From: Cirrosporium novae-zelandiae
Lineage: Eukaryota
Assembly: GCA_026023565.1 (NCBI GenBank)
Contig: JAPETS010000009.1
Location: forward strand, 806,001-843,830
Reading direction: 5' to 3'
Length of the DNA: 37,830 nucleotides
Position 1 is the first letter of the stretch. Every line of letters begins with the position of its first letter. Below, one piece after another: positions 22,851-33,650 of this stretch. A program made the translations under genes and the position numbers. The notes under the pieces are model-generated. The model did no database searches. It saw nothing but the letters and a program-made list of their open reading frames with translations, and had not been told where the DNA came from.

Positions 22851-25756
22851 ATGGATCCAATGCAAGAGGGAGGCGATTTTGAGATACCACCACTCCGCAA
22901 TCAGCCACCCCAGATATTCGGCGGCGTAGATTCCGACGGCTCTCCACTGATACCCACAAGCTTACCCGGCCCCATATTCACAGACGATCAACGACCTTCA
23001 CAGAATGAGGACGGCAATGATGCGAAGCGAAGGAGGATCGCGCGTGTAAGGTGTAATCTTGTTAAGTAGCAATACAAGACCTTTAGAGCTAATATAGCTT
23101 CCAGGCTTGCGATATGTGCCGCAAGAAAAAGATCAAGTGTGATGGAAAGATGCCCAAATGTTCCCATTGCATCAATTACAAAACGGACTGTGTCTTTACA
23201 CAAGTCGAGAAGAAACGAAATCCTCCAAAGGGGTAGGCTGCAACATCCACATTTGTCTCTTCGCATAGGGTTGGATTGACATATGGCCTCAGAACAAAAT
23301 ATATCGAAGGATTAGAAAACCGCCTTGGGCGCATGGAGTCACTGTTGAGACTTTCAGGTCTGATAACAGAAGATGATGCTGGGAAAACAGATCTAGGTAC
23401 TTTGGAAAAGCGACTCGCCGGTAGAGCGTTGGCCAGTGCTCGTCCGTCCTCAAAAACCTCAGTTAGATCAAGCCCTATAGCTACAGTGCATGACATATCG
23501 AACACCAATAGTCCTCCACAGGAGACTACAACCCTGTCAGTACCACAGAGCAATGTTGCTTCTCCAGATTCTCAAGGACGGAGTGAAGAGGAGGTTGAAC
23601 AATTGTCAGATATGATGTGCTCTTTGGTGACAAATAATTGTGGAGAGACAAGATATATTGGTAAGTTGTGGTGAGTTACACTACGTTCTGCAAAGCTTAT
23701 AATATATATAGGTTCTTCATCTGGCTTTTCTATATTCTCTCCTCAGGGTATTCAATGGGTCAACGAAAAGACGGGAGATTCGTCATTCCAAGATATGATA
23801 GCGGCACAGTCTCAGGATGACAGCAAGTGGATATATTGGAAGCCAGAGATATTTGGTGACCTTTTCCAACGTCGAGTCTATAAATCCTTACCACCGAAAG
23901 AAGAAGCGCTTTCTTTGTTGAAGGACTACTTTGAAAACTTCAACTGCATGTTTCCATTATTTCATGAACCTACTTTCATGCACCTTGTTGAAAGACAATA
24001 CTCACGGGACCCTTTCGAAGGTTCTGGCTGGTGGGCTAGTTTAAATGTCGCACTAGCCATTGCGCATCGATTACGAGTGATGAGTAATCTCGTGCCAAAG
24101 GAGGAGGATGAAAAAGCCTGGAGTTATCTAAAGAACGCAATGGGTGTGCTTACCGAACTAACCATGCGGAATAGCGATCTTCTTAGTGTCCAGGCCCTTC
24201 TTGGTTTGGCGCTTTTTCTTCAAGGAACGCCTAATCCCCAGCCGTCCTACTTTCTTGTAGCGGCTGCACTTAGAATATCACACAGCATCGGTCTACACAA
24301 ACGAGGATCCGGATTCAATCTGAACGAGGTTGAAATTGAACAGCGAAAACGTGTTTTCTGGATCGCATATATTCTGGACAAGGACCTATGTATCCGATCT
24401 GGGAGGCCCCCAGCTCAGGATGATAACGACATGAATGTCGAGCTACCTGCAGAAGACCCGGCGGACAATATAGGCAACGTACCACTTTCAGATGGGAACG
24501 GGAAAGTCAACTTTTTCAGGTTAATGTGTCAATTTGCTACCATTGCCAGTAAAGTTTACAACCGACTCTACTCAGTTAAAGCATCCCAGCAGACAGACGG
24601 GGAGCTATTACACACCATTGGCGAACTGGATACAGAATTAGAAGAGTGGAAAGATAGTATACCAATTGACTTGAGGCCAGGCCATGAAATAAAAGCTACC
24701 CACTCTCCTCTGGTACTTCACCTTGTGGTGCTCCATTTCTCCTATTATAATTGCTTGACTACTATCCATCGCATGTCAATCCATCATGGTTATTGGACCA
24801 GTCGTTTATCGAACTTCGCAATCTCGGGTTTGAATGCTCAACCGTTAAACCCCCGGGTTTTCTCCTCGGCAACTGTTTGTGTAGCAGCAGCTCGAGCATC
24901 TATTCAATTGATTCGTTATATTCCGCAGGGCGATTATGCATGCGTGTGGTGAGTGATTCAACATATTTTTCAAAATAATCTTTGCTTATGTCTAAGCAGG
25001 CTCATCTTATACTATCCTATCTCTGCACTGGTGACTCTTTTTGCCCATGTTTTGCAGAATCCACAAGATCCAAGAGCAAAGACGGATGTCAAACTCATGA
25101 ACCATGTTGTTAACTTCCTTTCCACACTCAACAGAGATGAGGCAAATGGAGGAGTCCGACGGATGCTTAGTGTCTGTACCGAGTTTGAAAGGATAGCAAA
25201 ACTTGTTCTGGACAAGACGGATAGAGAATCACATCTCCGCAGAAAAAGAAAGAGCAACCCGACATCGGGAGGTGGAGGTGGTAAACTAGAAAAGGACGAC
25301 CCCTCTGGTTCTCGTCCTCCCTCTGCTCCGTCTACATCCGTCCCTCAAATCAGCAGCCCCAATAGTTCGACGGCACCGTCAAATTCATTTACTGAAAATT
25401 TCTCAAATGGCCAACAACATATCAACCCTCATCTGCACCCAAGATTTCATAGAGAGGGAAATATCGCCATAATGCAAGACATCAACAACGTGGACTTTTC
25501 AAACATTAATGTACCGATGGAGGGAATACAATATATGGATATGTCATCGCAGCCAAATGCGGTTTCTTCGGGGGTGATGGCAGAATCGTATCAAACTCCA
25601 TTTTTTCCGCCTGATCTTTGGTCGTTACCGATGTCGGCGGAATGGGATTGGGGTGATATGATGGCTGGGAATTTACCTCCGGATATAAATGGAATTAACG
25701 TTGATCAAGGGCAGCAACAACAGCAACACCAGCAACCACATCAATTTGCGCAATGA
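22851..25756 (+). CDS. atrR: Zn(II)2Cys6 transcription factor, AtrR orthologue (regulator of ABC transporter and sterol genes)
   Basis: Exons 22851-23045, 23105-23232, 23293-23660, 23712-24948 and 25000-25756. The stretch [74 protein letters not shown] matches AtrR as I recall it. Fungal_trans domain present ([14 protein letters not shown]...SGRPP). Confidence 0.9.
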
Positions 25757-26323
25757 GTATGTTTTATGGCATGTTTGGGGAGTTTGGGTTTCGAATTCCA
25801 CCATGTTGGAGTGTAAATTAAGGGAATAGAGCCTGGATGGATAGGTTGAGCCTGCATTGCTCTCTAGATGGAAATCCCTGGCCAGAATAGAAGTCTAGCT
25901 CGTGTAGTTGTCTGTATGACATGTATTTAATACAAAAACTTGCATGCTCTTTTCAATGATTAAATATCCAAGATCCAATATTACCTTGTATTGTACATGT
26001 ATTTGTAAACATCGGAGTGTTCGTCCGAAGTAACCATTCGGCTCGAGAGTTGAGCCAGACCCGATCAATTAGTCAGCCCATTCTAACTGCTTTAGGATTA
26101 CTCGCAACTATCGAAAAGAACCTGGGGCGTCATCAACTTCAAGATACAAATTCTTGTCTTGTTAACGGGGAATTCTTTTTGGTGGTATATCACTACGCTC
26201 ACGGTGTGCTTCACCCTCTTCATCATTAATTATTTCTACGGGAAACCATATCTAATCCTGTATATATCTAGGGACCACGCCACTCTACTCTTCTTGCCGG
26301 AAGCTCCTCAGCTTTCCGCGATC

Positions 26324-29046
26324 ATGACCACAATCTTACGGAGGTCGGGTAATTTATTAAGGCAATCGAGAACAGGAACACAGCTTGCATTTCCAACAAA
26401 TCCAAGGCCGTATTCTTTTTCAAGACCACAGCTGTCACGGCTTGCGGCTCATCGATTGCGGACATATGCGACGGTCAATCCGGGTCCTCCGAAAGACCCC
26501 AAAGATGACAAGCATCAGAAAGGAAAAAACCTGAACAAGGATAAGGGGAAGGGGGGTACCCAAAACCGTCCTCAGAAGGCGGCCCCAGGAACGGAGAACC
26601 TTTTCAATCAAAACAGTCCTCTTTCATCTGGGGCCAAAAAAGAGGCGCCCACCAATAAATCTAAACTAACACCGGCTGAAGAGGAAAGCCTTCGTAGTTT
26701 ACTTGACTTAGTAAAGTGTGGAATGCCAAAGACCCAAGGAGATGAAATCGACAAAGCTTTCGAACAGCTCAAGAAGATTGGAATACCTGAAGATATAAAG
26801 GAGATCATTGAGAAAAGAGCTGCTGGGAAGCCCATGGATCTTACCATGGCTGCAAAGATTGTAAGGCTAGTGTCTTCATTAGGACGGAAGGGCTCGTTTG
26901 AAGAAGATAAATCAAATTCTAAGAAGGAGAATTCAAGCCCTGGATCAGAGCAGCCAAGGAATGAAGACAAACAGAAGAAATCGGATTTCAAACCTGGCCA
27001 ACAACCAGATATGCAATTTAAGGATGTGAAATTTGACGCAGGAACATTAATAATGACAGCCTTTACAACTTACCTCCTCTACCGCTTGGCTGTTCCTGGT
27101 GATGCTTCGAAGGAAATAACCTGGCAAGAATTCCAAGCTACTTTCCTCGATAAGGGGCTGGTGAGCAGGCTTACTGTTGTCAACCGTAATAAGGTTATGA
27201 TTGATCTATATCGTGAAGCTGTCGCATCAGTCTACCCTGATTCTCCTGGCGCCAAAGAGAATATCCGTTATTACTTTAGCATTGGTTCTGTTGACGCTTT
27301 TGAGAATAGACTAGAAAGAGCCCAGGCAGAACTTAACATTCCTCCTTCAGAACGAATCCCTGTTGCTTATTCCGACGAAGTCCCATGGTTCAGCACAATC
27401 CTTAGCTTTGGCCCTACACTCCTTTTAATTGGTTCCTTTATCTGGTTATCTCGATCAGCAGGGCGCGGTGCTGGCGGTCAAAGTGGTATATTCGGCATGG
27501 GAAAGAGCAGAGCAAAAAGATTCAACCACGAGACCGATATCAAGATCTCATTCGCTGATGTTGCCGGCATGGATGAAGCCAAAGTCGAAATTATGGAGTT
27601 TGTCAGTTTCCTGAAATCACCCGAACAATACCAACGATTGGGTGCCAAGATCCCTAGAGGAGCCATCCTATCAGGCCCACCGGGTACTGGTAAAACCTTG
27701 CTTGCAAAAGCAACAGCAGGCGAATCTGGGGTTCCTTTTTTCAGTGTCAGCGGTTCAGAATTCGTGGAGATGTTTGTCGGTGTTGGTGCTTCAAGAGTAA
27801 GAGATCTTTTCGCTAACGCAAGGAAGAACACTCCTTGCATAATTTTCATTGACGAAATAGATGCCATTGGCAAATCGCGAGGGAAGAATCAATTCGGTGG
27901 TGGCAATGATGAACGGGAAGCGACATTGAATCAAATTTTGACCGAGATGGATGGATTTAACACATCAGAGCAGGTCGTGGTGCTGGCAGGTACCAACAGA
28001 CCGGATGTTCTGGATCGGGCATTAATGCGTCCTGGTCGATTCGACAGACATATTTCCATTGATAGACCTACAATGGATGGCCGACAACAGATTTTCAGAG
28101 TTCACTTGAAAAAGATTGTGACTAGTGAAGATTTGGACTACTTGGTTGGTAGATTATCAGCTCTTACTCCAGGGTTCTCTGGTGCAGACATTGCCAACTG
28201 TGTCAACGAGGCAGCGCTCATTGGTATGCTTCAAATTCATGTCGTGTCGGAATAACAAATAGCTAACACTTTTTAGCTGCCCGTGGGAAGGCCAACACTG
28301 TCGCCATGAAACACTTTGAATCTGCCATTGAACGTGTTATTGGTGGTCTCGAGAAAAAATCCCTGGTCCTGTCTCCCGAGGAGAAGAAAACCGTTGCCTA
28401 TCATGAGGCTGGCCACGCCATCTGTGGATGGTATTTCCGCTATGCTGACCCCCTTCTCAAAGTTTCCATTATTCCCCGTGGCCAAGGTGCTCTTGGATAT
28501 GCTCAATACCTTCCAGATGGAGAAAGTTATCTCATGAGTGTTCACCAACTTATGGATCGTATGGCCATGACACTTGGCGGCCGTGTAAGTGAAGAACTTC
28601 ATTTTGACACCGTGACAAGCGGTGCCAGTGATGACTTCAAGAAAGTCACCCGCATGGCAACCGCAATGGTCACCCAACTCGGCATGAGCCACAAAATCGG
28701 CTACCTGTATTTAGAAGAGGACGGCGAATCACGGTTCCAGAAATCCTACTCAGAAAAAACCGCCCAAAACATTGACTCGGAAATCCGACGGATAGTCGAT
28801 GAAGCATACAAACAATGCAAGGACCTACTGGTCGAGAAGAAGAAGGAGGTCGGTCTGGTGGCGGAGGAACTGTTATCCAAGGAGATGCTATCAAGAGACG
28901 ATCTCGTTCGAATACTAGGTCCCCGGCCGTTCTCCGATAACAAGGAGTTTACCAAATACTTTGGCGGCGACGGCGGCACCATTGCCCCTCCGCCTCCTCC
29001 CAACGAGGGAAACCCTTCCCCCGAACCAAGTCCCAATCCAGCCTAA
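26324..29046 (+). CDS. YTA12: Mitochondrial inner-membrane m-AAA metalloprotease subunit (Afg3/Yta12, FtsH family)
   Basis: Exons 26324-28223 and 28277-29046. Arg-rich presequence ([16 protein letters not shown]...LRTYA), two transmembrane segments, Walker A GPPGTGKT, Walker [21 protein letters not shown] and peptidase M41 motif HEAGH. AFG3 versus YTA12 naming cannot be resolved by eye. Confidence 0.95.
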
Positions 29047-29984
29047 ACGCTTATTTAACTGAAAAGAAAGAAATCCAAATCCAATCTATTTCTTTCGAGG
29101 GGTTACGGAGGGGAATCTAGTCTGGGATTTTGGAGGAAAAAGAAAGGCCCCCCCATAAGGTGGGAGTCCCTTGTGTTATATAGTCGCATTAAACCGTATC
29201 TCTTTTTTTCCCCTCGTCCTTCCTCCTTCCCTTATGTGCATCTTACTTCTCCCTCCTTCCCCCCTTGTACATCAAAAAAATTAAAAGAAAGCCCCCCCTA
29301 CAAAGTCCAGCGGAATGTTGAAATGGAACCAAAGAAAGGGAGGGAAAGATGGCGACCAACCCATACATGCATGTTGTTACTAGCGTGTGTTGTTGCTATA
29401 CCAGACAAATTATTTACGTTTTAAAGTGTCTAACGAACTAACTGAACTGGCATAAATAAATGGCTACTTTGTATGTCCTTCATAGTACGCAAAAAGAAAA
29501 GAAGAGAGAAAAAAAGAAGCAACATACAAGGAAACCCAAATTCAAAAAATTCTCCACTCTATGTGAAAGCAAAACACTCCTCTCTTTTAGCCCCTTGATT
29601 ATTATTGTGTCTATCATGTATATTCGAGAAGAAGAAGAAGAAGAAGAAGATAAAAAACAGGACTGGATTATTTTTTTCCCTTGCGTTTCCTTTGGTTGGT
29701 ATCATAGTCAGGTGTTTTCCTCCTCTTCCTCCCCCTCTGATCGAATTGACAGGTGATGCTTGCTGTTCGTAATCATAAATTCACTTAAGAATGTATGTAT
29801 GTGTGTATGTGAACGAGTGGAGCGTTTAAGCAAAAATTTGTGTTCCGGGAGTGAATGTGGTCTGCGAGTGAATATGGCCTCTCTGTGGGGTTATATAAAC
29901 CACTCTCTTCTCACAATTCTTTTCCTCTTCTTCTTCTCTTCTTCCTTAGACTTCCCCATGTGGTGTCCTTAAAAAAATCTCATC

Positions 29985-30093
29985 CCCCCAACTCTTATCA
30001 TCTCTCACCTTTTCTACTTAACTTCACCTTCAACCGTATACCACCCTCCCCCAACTCTTATCATCTTTCACCTTTTCTACCTAACCTCACCTT
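29985..30093. repeat. 46-bp direct repeat pair (29985-30030 and 30048-30093)
   Basis: CCCCCAACTCTTATCATCTyTCACCTTTTCTACyTAACyTCACCTT occurs twice with three C/T differences, just upstream of the helicase-like locus. Confidence 0.85.
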
Positions 30094-30158
30094 TTCTACT
30101 TGACCACAGCTTCTTTTACCTAATATCAATCTTTTCTTTTGGTTTTCGTTCCAAAGCA

Positions 30159-32225
30159 ATGGGGAATAAAGAATCCAAAATGGCAGTCGATCATAATCTG
30201 GGAGATATGTTCGAATCTATTTCCAAAATGAAAGAACATGAGGTTTGTGACAGAACATTATATCTATAATGAATTCGCTAATAAGTAATATGTAGGATAA
30301 GCCTGCTCCATTTGAATCTCCTTCTATTTCCAGCTCTAAAAAGGCCCAGCCTACTGAAAATAATGACGAAAAGGCTGAGCCTACTGGAAATAACAGTGAG
30401 GCCAAATCTACGAAAGATCACGACGATGAGGCCAAGCCTGCTGGAGGTGATAACGGCGAGGTTAACTTCACTGAAGATGAGTACGAAATGCAACTCGGTA
30501 GAACGCTCCAGGTTTGTGACCTCCAATTTGACTTAATATTCATGCATATGCTTACATTACAATAGTACAGGACCTAAAACTCCATAGATTTGCAAAAGAT
30601 GCATGGAAAGATTTCAAATCTACCAACTGCCACCATCCAGACCCTAAATGGAATTTGGAAGTCTTGTTCGTTCTATCCACCATGGCTAAAATGGGCACTC
30701 CTGGCAATGTGGCCATCAGAATAGGCTTCCATGACCAAGATTCTCTTGATGGGCTCAAAGAAACCATGAACTCCATGAAAACTCCTAGTGCTCGCCATTA
30801 CTTCCCTTATTTGTCTAAAAGATATGGGACCCCCTTAGTCATCCATGGGAGTCTAGCAACACGGGAAGATATTGAAGATCTTGACTATCCTAACGGGAAA
30901 AGCGTTTACCTTACCGAATTTCCGCCTAAGTCTGTGTTCTTCACTGTCAGGGAAGGGAACATAAAACTTACATACGGGCACGAAATTGAACACTCATGGT
31001 CGGCTCAAATGAACGCAGAGTTGGGCTCGGGAAATCACTCTGTTGGGTTTATCATTGTTAGCGCCTCCGTCGTTCTTGCTCTCGTTAGATTCCACGAAGG
31101 CATTGAACGAAAAACGCTACGTCCCAACGAAAACACAGAGTTCAAAATCGAGACGCAGTCCTGGAAAAAGAACTCCGACAAAGTCTTTAGTTACAAAGCT
31201 CGCCCTGCTGATGACATGCTTGGTCTGGCTTGCAATTCTAATGAAATTGTCATGTTAGTGAAGGACAAAAGTGCCTGTCACATCCACGCCAACGCTATCA
31301 TCTATGGCCAAGGCAAACCGTAAATGATGGAATGTTGCATTACCGTTAAAGTGAGCGACTCGCAGATCCGAGACATGGTCTCAGGGCTTCGTGATTTTTG
31401 CGCCCCGGGTAGTGAACATAAACGATGGTGGAATGTCTTTTTGAATAGCTCCGCGTACATTGCACCAAAGGGAGACCTAAGGGCATACACTACACTTCTA
31501 AAAGAAACCTGTGACAATATTATGGCAACGGTCATAAGCAAAAACAATCTGAATGAAGATCAAATCCAGGCAATTACAAAGTGTGTCACGGCATCCACCG
31601 GTGGAGTTTCCGTCATTAGAGGAGCACCAGGCACTGGCAAGACCTTAGTCGGTTCTTCCATAGCAGACATAGTACTTCAGATGGGGTTCGATGTTGCTGT
31701 CTTGGCGCCAACTAATTCGGCTGCAAATCGATTTATCAATACTCTTGCAGCGACCCAGAATAAAAACTACCAACGAACTATATACCTGTTCGTGTCAATC
31801 GGCCAATGTTTGAACTGGGCGCTGTGAGACGGGACGGTGTAGATAAGCCAGACGAACTAACTACCATACCTGAACCAGGCTCTCCAGATTTCAAATTTCA
31901 ATTGAGTCTGGATGCCTTGGCCCACTCAATCGCAGCCCAAATCGAATTGTTGGAAATGACCAAGGACCTTTTACATACGAAAAACAAACCACATGAGACA
32001 TTGGCTATTTCCAAAGCGTGCATTAATCTCGATTCCAATGAAAAGGTTCAAGTCTGGGGTCATTATCCCGTTTCACAAAATAATGGTGATAATCTATATT
32101 CTCTTTGTGCTCCTCCAGCCGACGATTTCGGTGTCCCGCTTCCAGGCATCTTTGGTCAGAAGAGCGCCTTTGGTTTAGTTAGCTTCAATAAAATTGCTAT
32201 AGGCAATAGCCACTTGTTCTTATGA
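30159..32225 (+). pseudogene. Disrupted and truncated Upf1/DNA2/NAM7-like superfamily 1 helicase gene
   Basis: Exons 30159-30242, 30296-30511 and 30571 onward splice in frame. Q-motif LNEDQIQAI, Walker A GAPGTGKT and motif Ia VLAPTNSAAN are present. There is an in-frame TAA at 31321-31323 and a 1-nt frameshift at the A5 run 31762-31766. No Walker B (DEAxQ) or second RecA domain appears before the next gene. Confidence 0.75.
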
Positions 32226-32309
32226 TTCCTGCCTATTTAACGTAGTCCTTGTAAAATGATAGATTGCTAGTAAATCTAATAAAAATATAAAAGTTCTTGT
32301 AGTGCAAGC

Positions 32310-32327
32310 CGGAATTACTATTATCCG
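32310..32327. promoter_or_regulatory. CGG-N12-CCG putative AtrR response element upstream of the DUF1295 gene
   Basis: Sequence CGGAattactattaTCCG, ending 154 bp upstream of the ATG at 32481. Confidence 0.4.
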
Positions 32328-32480
32328 CAGTCCAGGTTGTATCAGGAATGATGATGCAATCAATTTATAGTAAAGGCCCTAAGACAACGTAAATTATTAG
32401 AGCCACGGCTTCCTCAAATTTCAAGGGAACCACAACATTGTTTCTGGATTGAGAACAATACAACCATTCTATCATAAAAG

Positions 32481-33650
32481 ATGGCTCTCCCTGTCCTTCA
32501 GACCATCCCGGATTGTGCAGACTTTAGTCAAACCGTCCTGCCATACATCAATCAACTCTACGAACTCCCACAACAAATCTTTCGGTCTATTTCACAGCCG
32601 GAAGAACTAAAGGCTCTATATATTAGCACCAATCCTTTCATAACCGCTCTTGCGTTCTCTCTTCTTATCGTGCCCATCGTCTTTGTTCTTAGTGAAATTA
32701 ATAGGAACTATTCTCAGATCGACAGAATATGGAGTATACTCCCAACTGTCTATAACGCCCACTATGCGGCTTATGCTCATCTGGCCGGGCTACCGACCCA
32801 GAAGATTGATACACTAGCTACATTCAGCGCAATATGGAGTGTAAGTCTTTGTTCAGACGTTGTTCAATATAGCTAGCTATAGCTGACTCTGGGATAGTTG
32901 CGCCTTTCATTTAATTACTGGAGAAAAGGTGGATATTCCATAGGATCGGAGGATTACCGCTGGGCAATTCTTCGTAAGAAGATTTCTCCACCACTATTCG
33001 TCCTTTTCAATCTTGGTTTCATCTCCTTCTGGCAAAGTGTACGTCCAATTGTCTCCCCCACCTTGTAAAGAAACCCCTTGATTAACACAATTTTCCGTCC
33101 AAAGATCCTTCTCTTCCTCATCACCACCCCAACTTACGTGATCTTCCTCTCTACCCGCATCTCCCCCGACTTCGAATTCGCCGACGTTGTCTTCTCCCGC
33201 CTCCTGCTCGCCTTCATCCTACTATCCTTTTTCGCCGACCAACAGCAATGGAACTATCAGCAAGCAAAGAAGCGATACCAGGCAACCGCCAAGGTCCCCA
33301 TCGGCTACACACAAGAGGATCTCGATCGTGGGTTTATCGTCACCGGCCTCTGGGCCTGGGTACGGCATCCCAACTTCGCCGCCGAACAGACAGTCTGGTT
33401 CGTGCTGTATCAATGGTCCTGCTGGACCTCCAACACATTCTGGAACTGGACGGCGGTGGGACCGTTTTTATATGCGATGCTGTTCCAGGGATCAACCCCG
33501 TTCACGGAGTCGATCAGCGCCAGCAAGTACCCGGAATATCGCGAGTACCAGGCGCGAGTGGGATGTTTCATTCCGAGGCTGAGCACGGATGCAAAGGGGG
33601 ATTTTAGCACCACCACCACGAACAATGAGACAATGAAGAAGAACAAGTAA
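32481..33650 (+). CDS. DUF1295 family membrane protein (steroid 5-alpha reductase / ICMT-like clan)
   Basis: Exons 32481-32840, 32898-33038 and 33105-33650. Motifs NYSQIDRIWSILP, RLSFNYWRKGGY...EDYRW, ADQQQW, GLWAWVRHPNFAAEQ and FTESISASKYPEYREYQ. The C-terminal KKNK fits a KKxx ER-retrieval signal. Confidence 0.93.

Noticed and set aside
26159..26323. Hydrophobic in-frame N-terminal extension of the m-AAA protease from a TTG
   Set aside because: It would mask the mitochondrial presequence, and the region reads better as a 5'-UTR intron (GTATAT 26185, CTAAT, TAG 26271).
30312..30536. 74-aa repetitive ORF (SLLKI/SLLEI repeats) in the ORF track
   Set aside because: An alternative frame of helicase-like exon 2; the splice phases favour the acidic frame starting at 30296.
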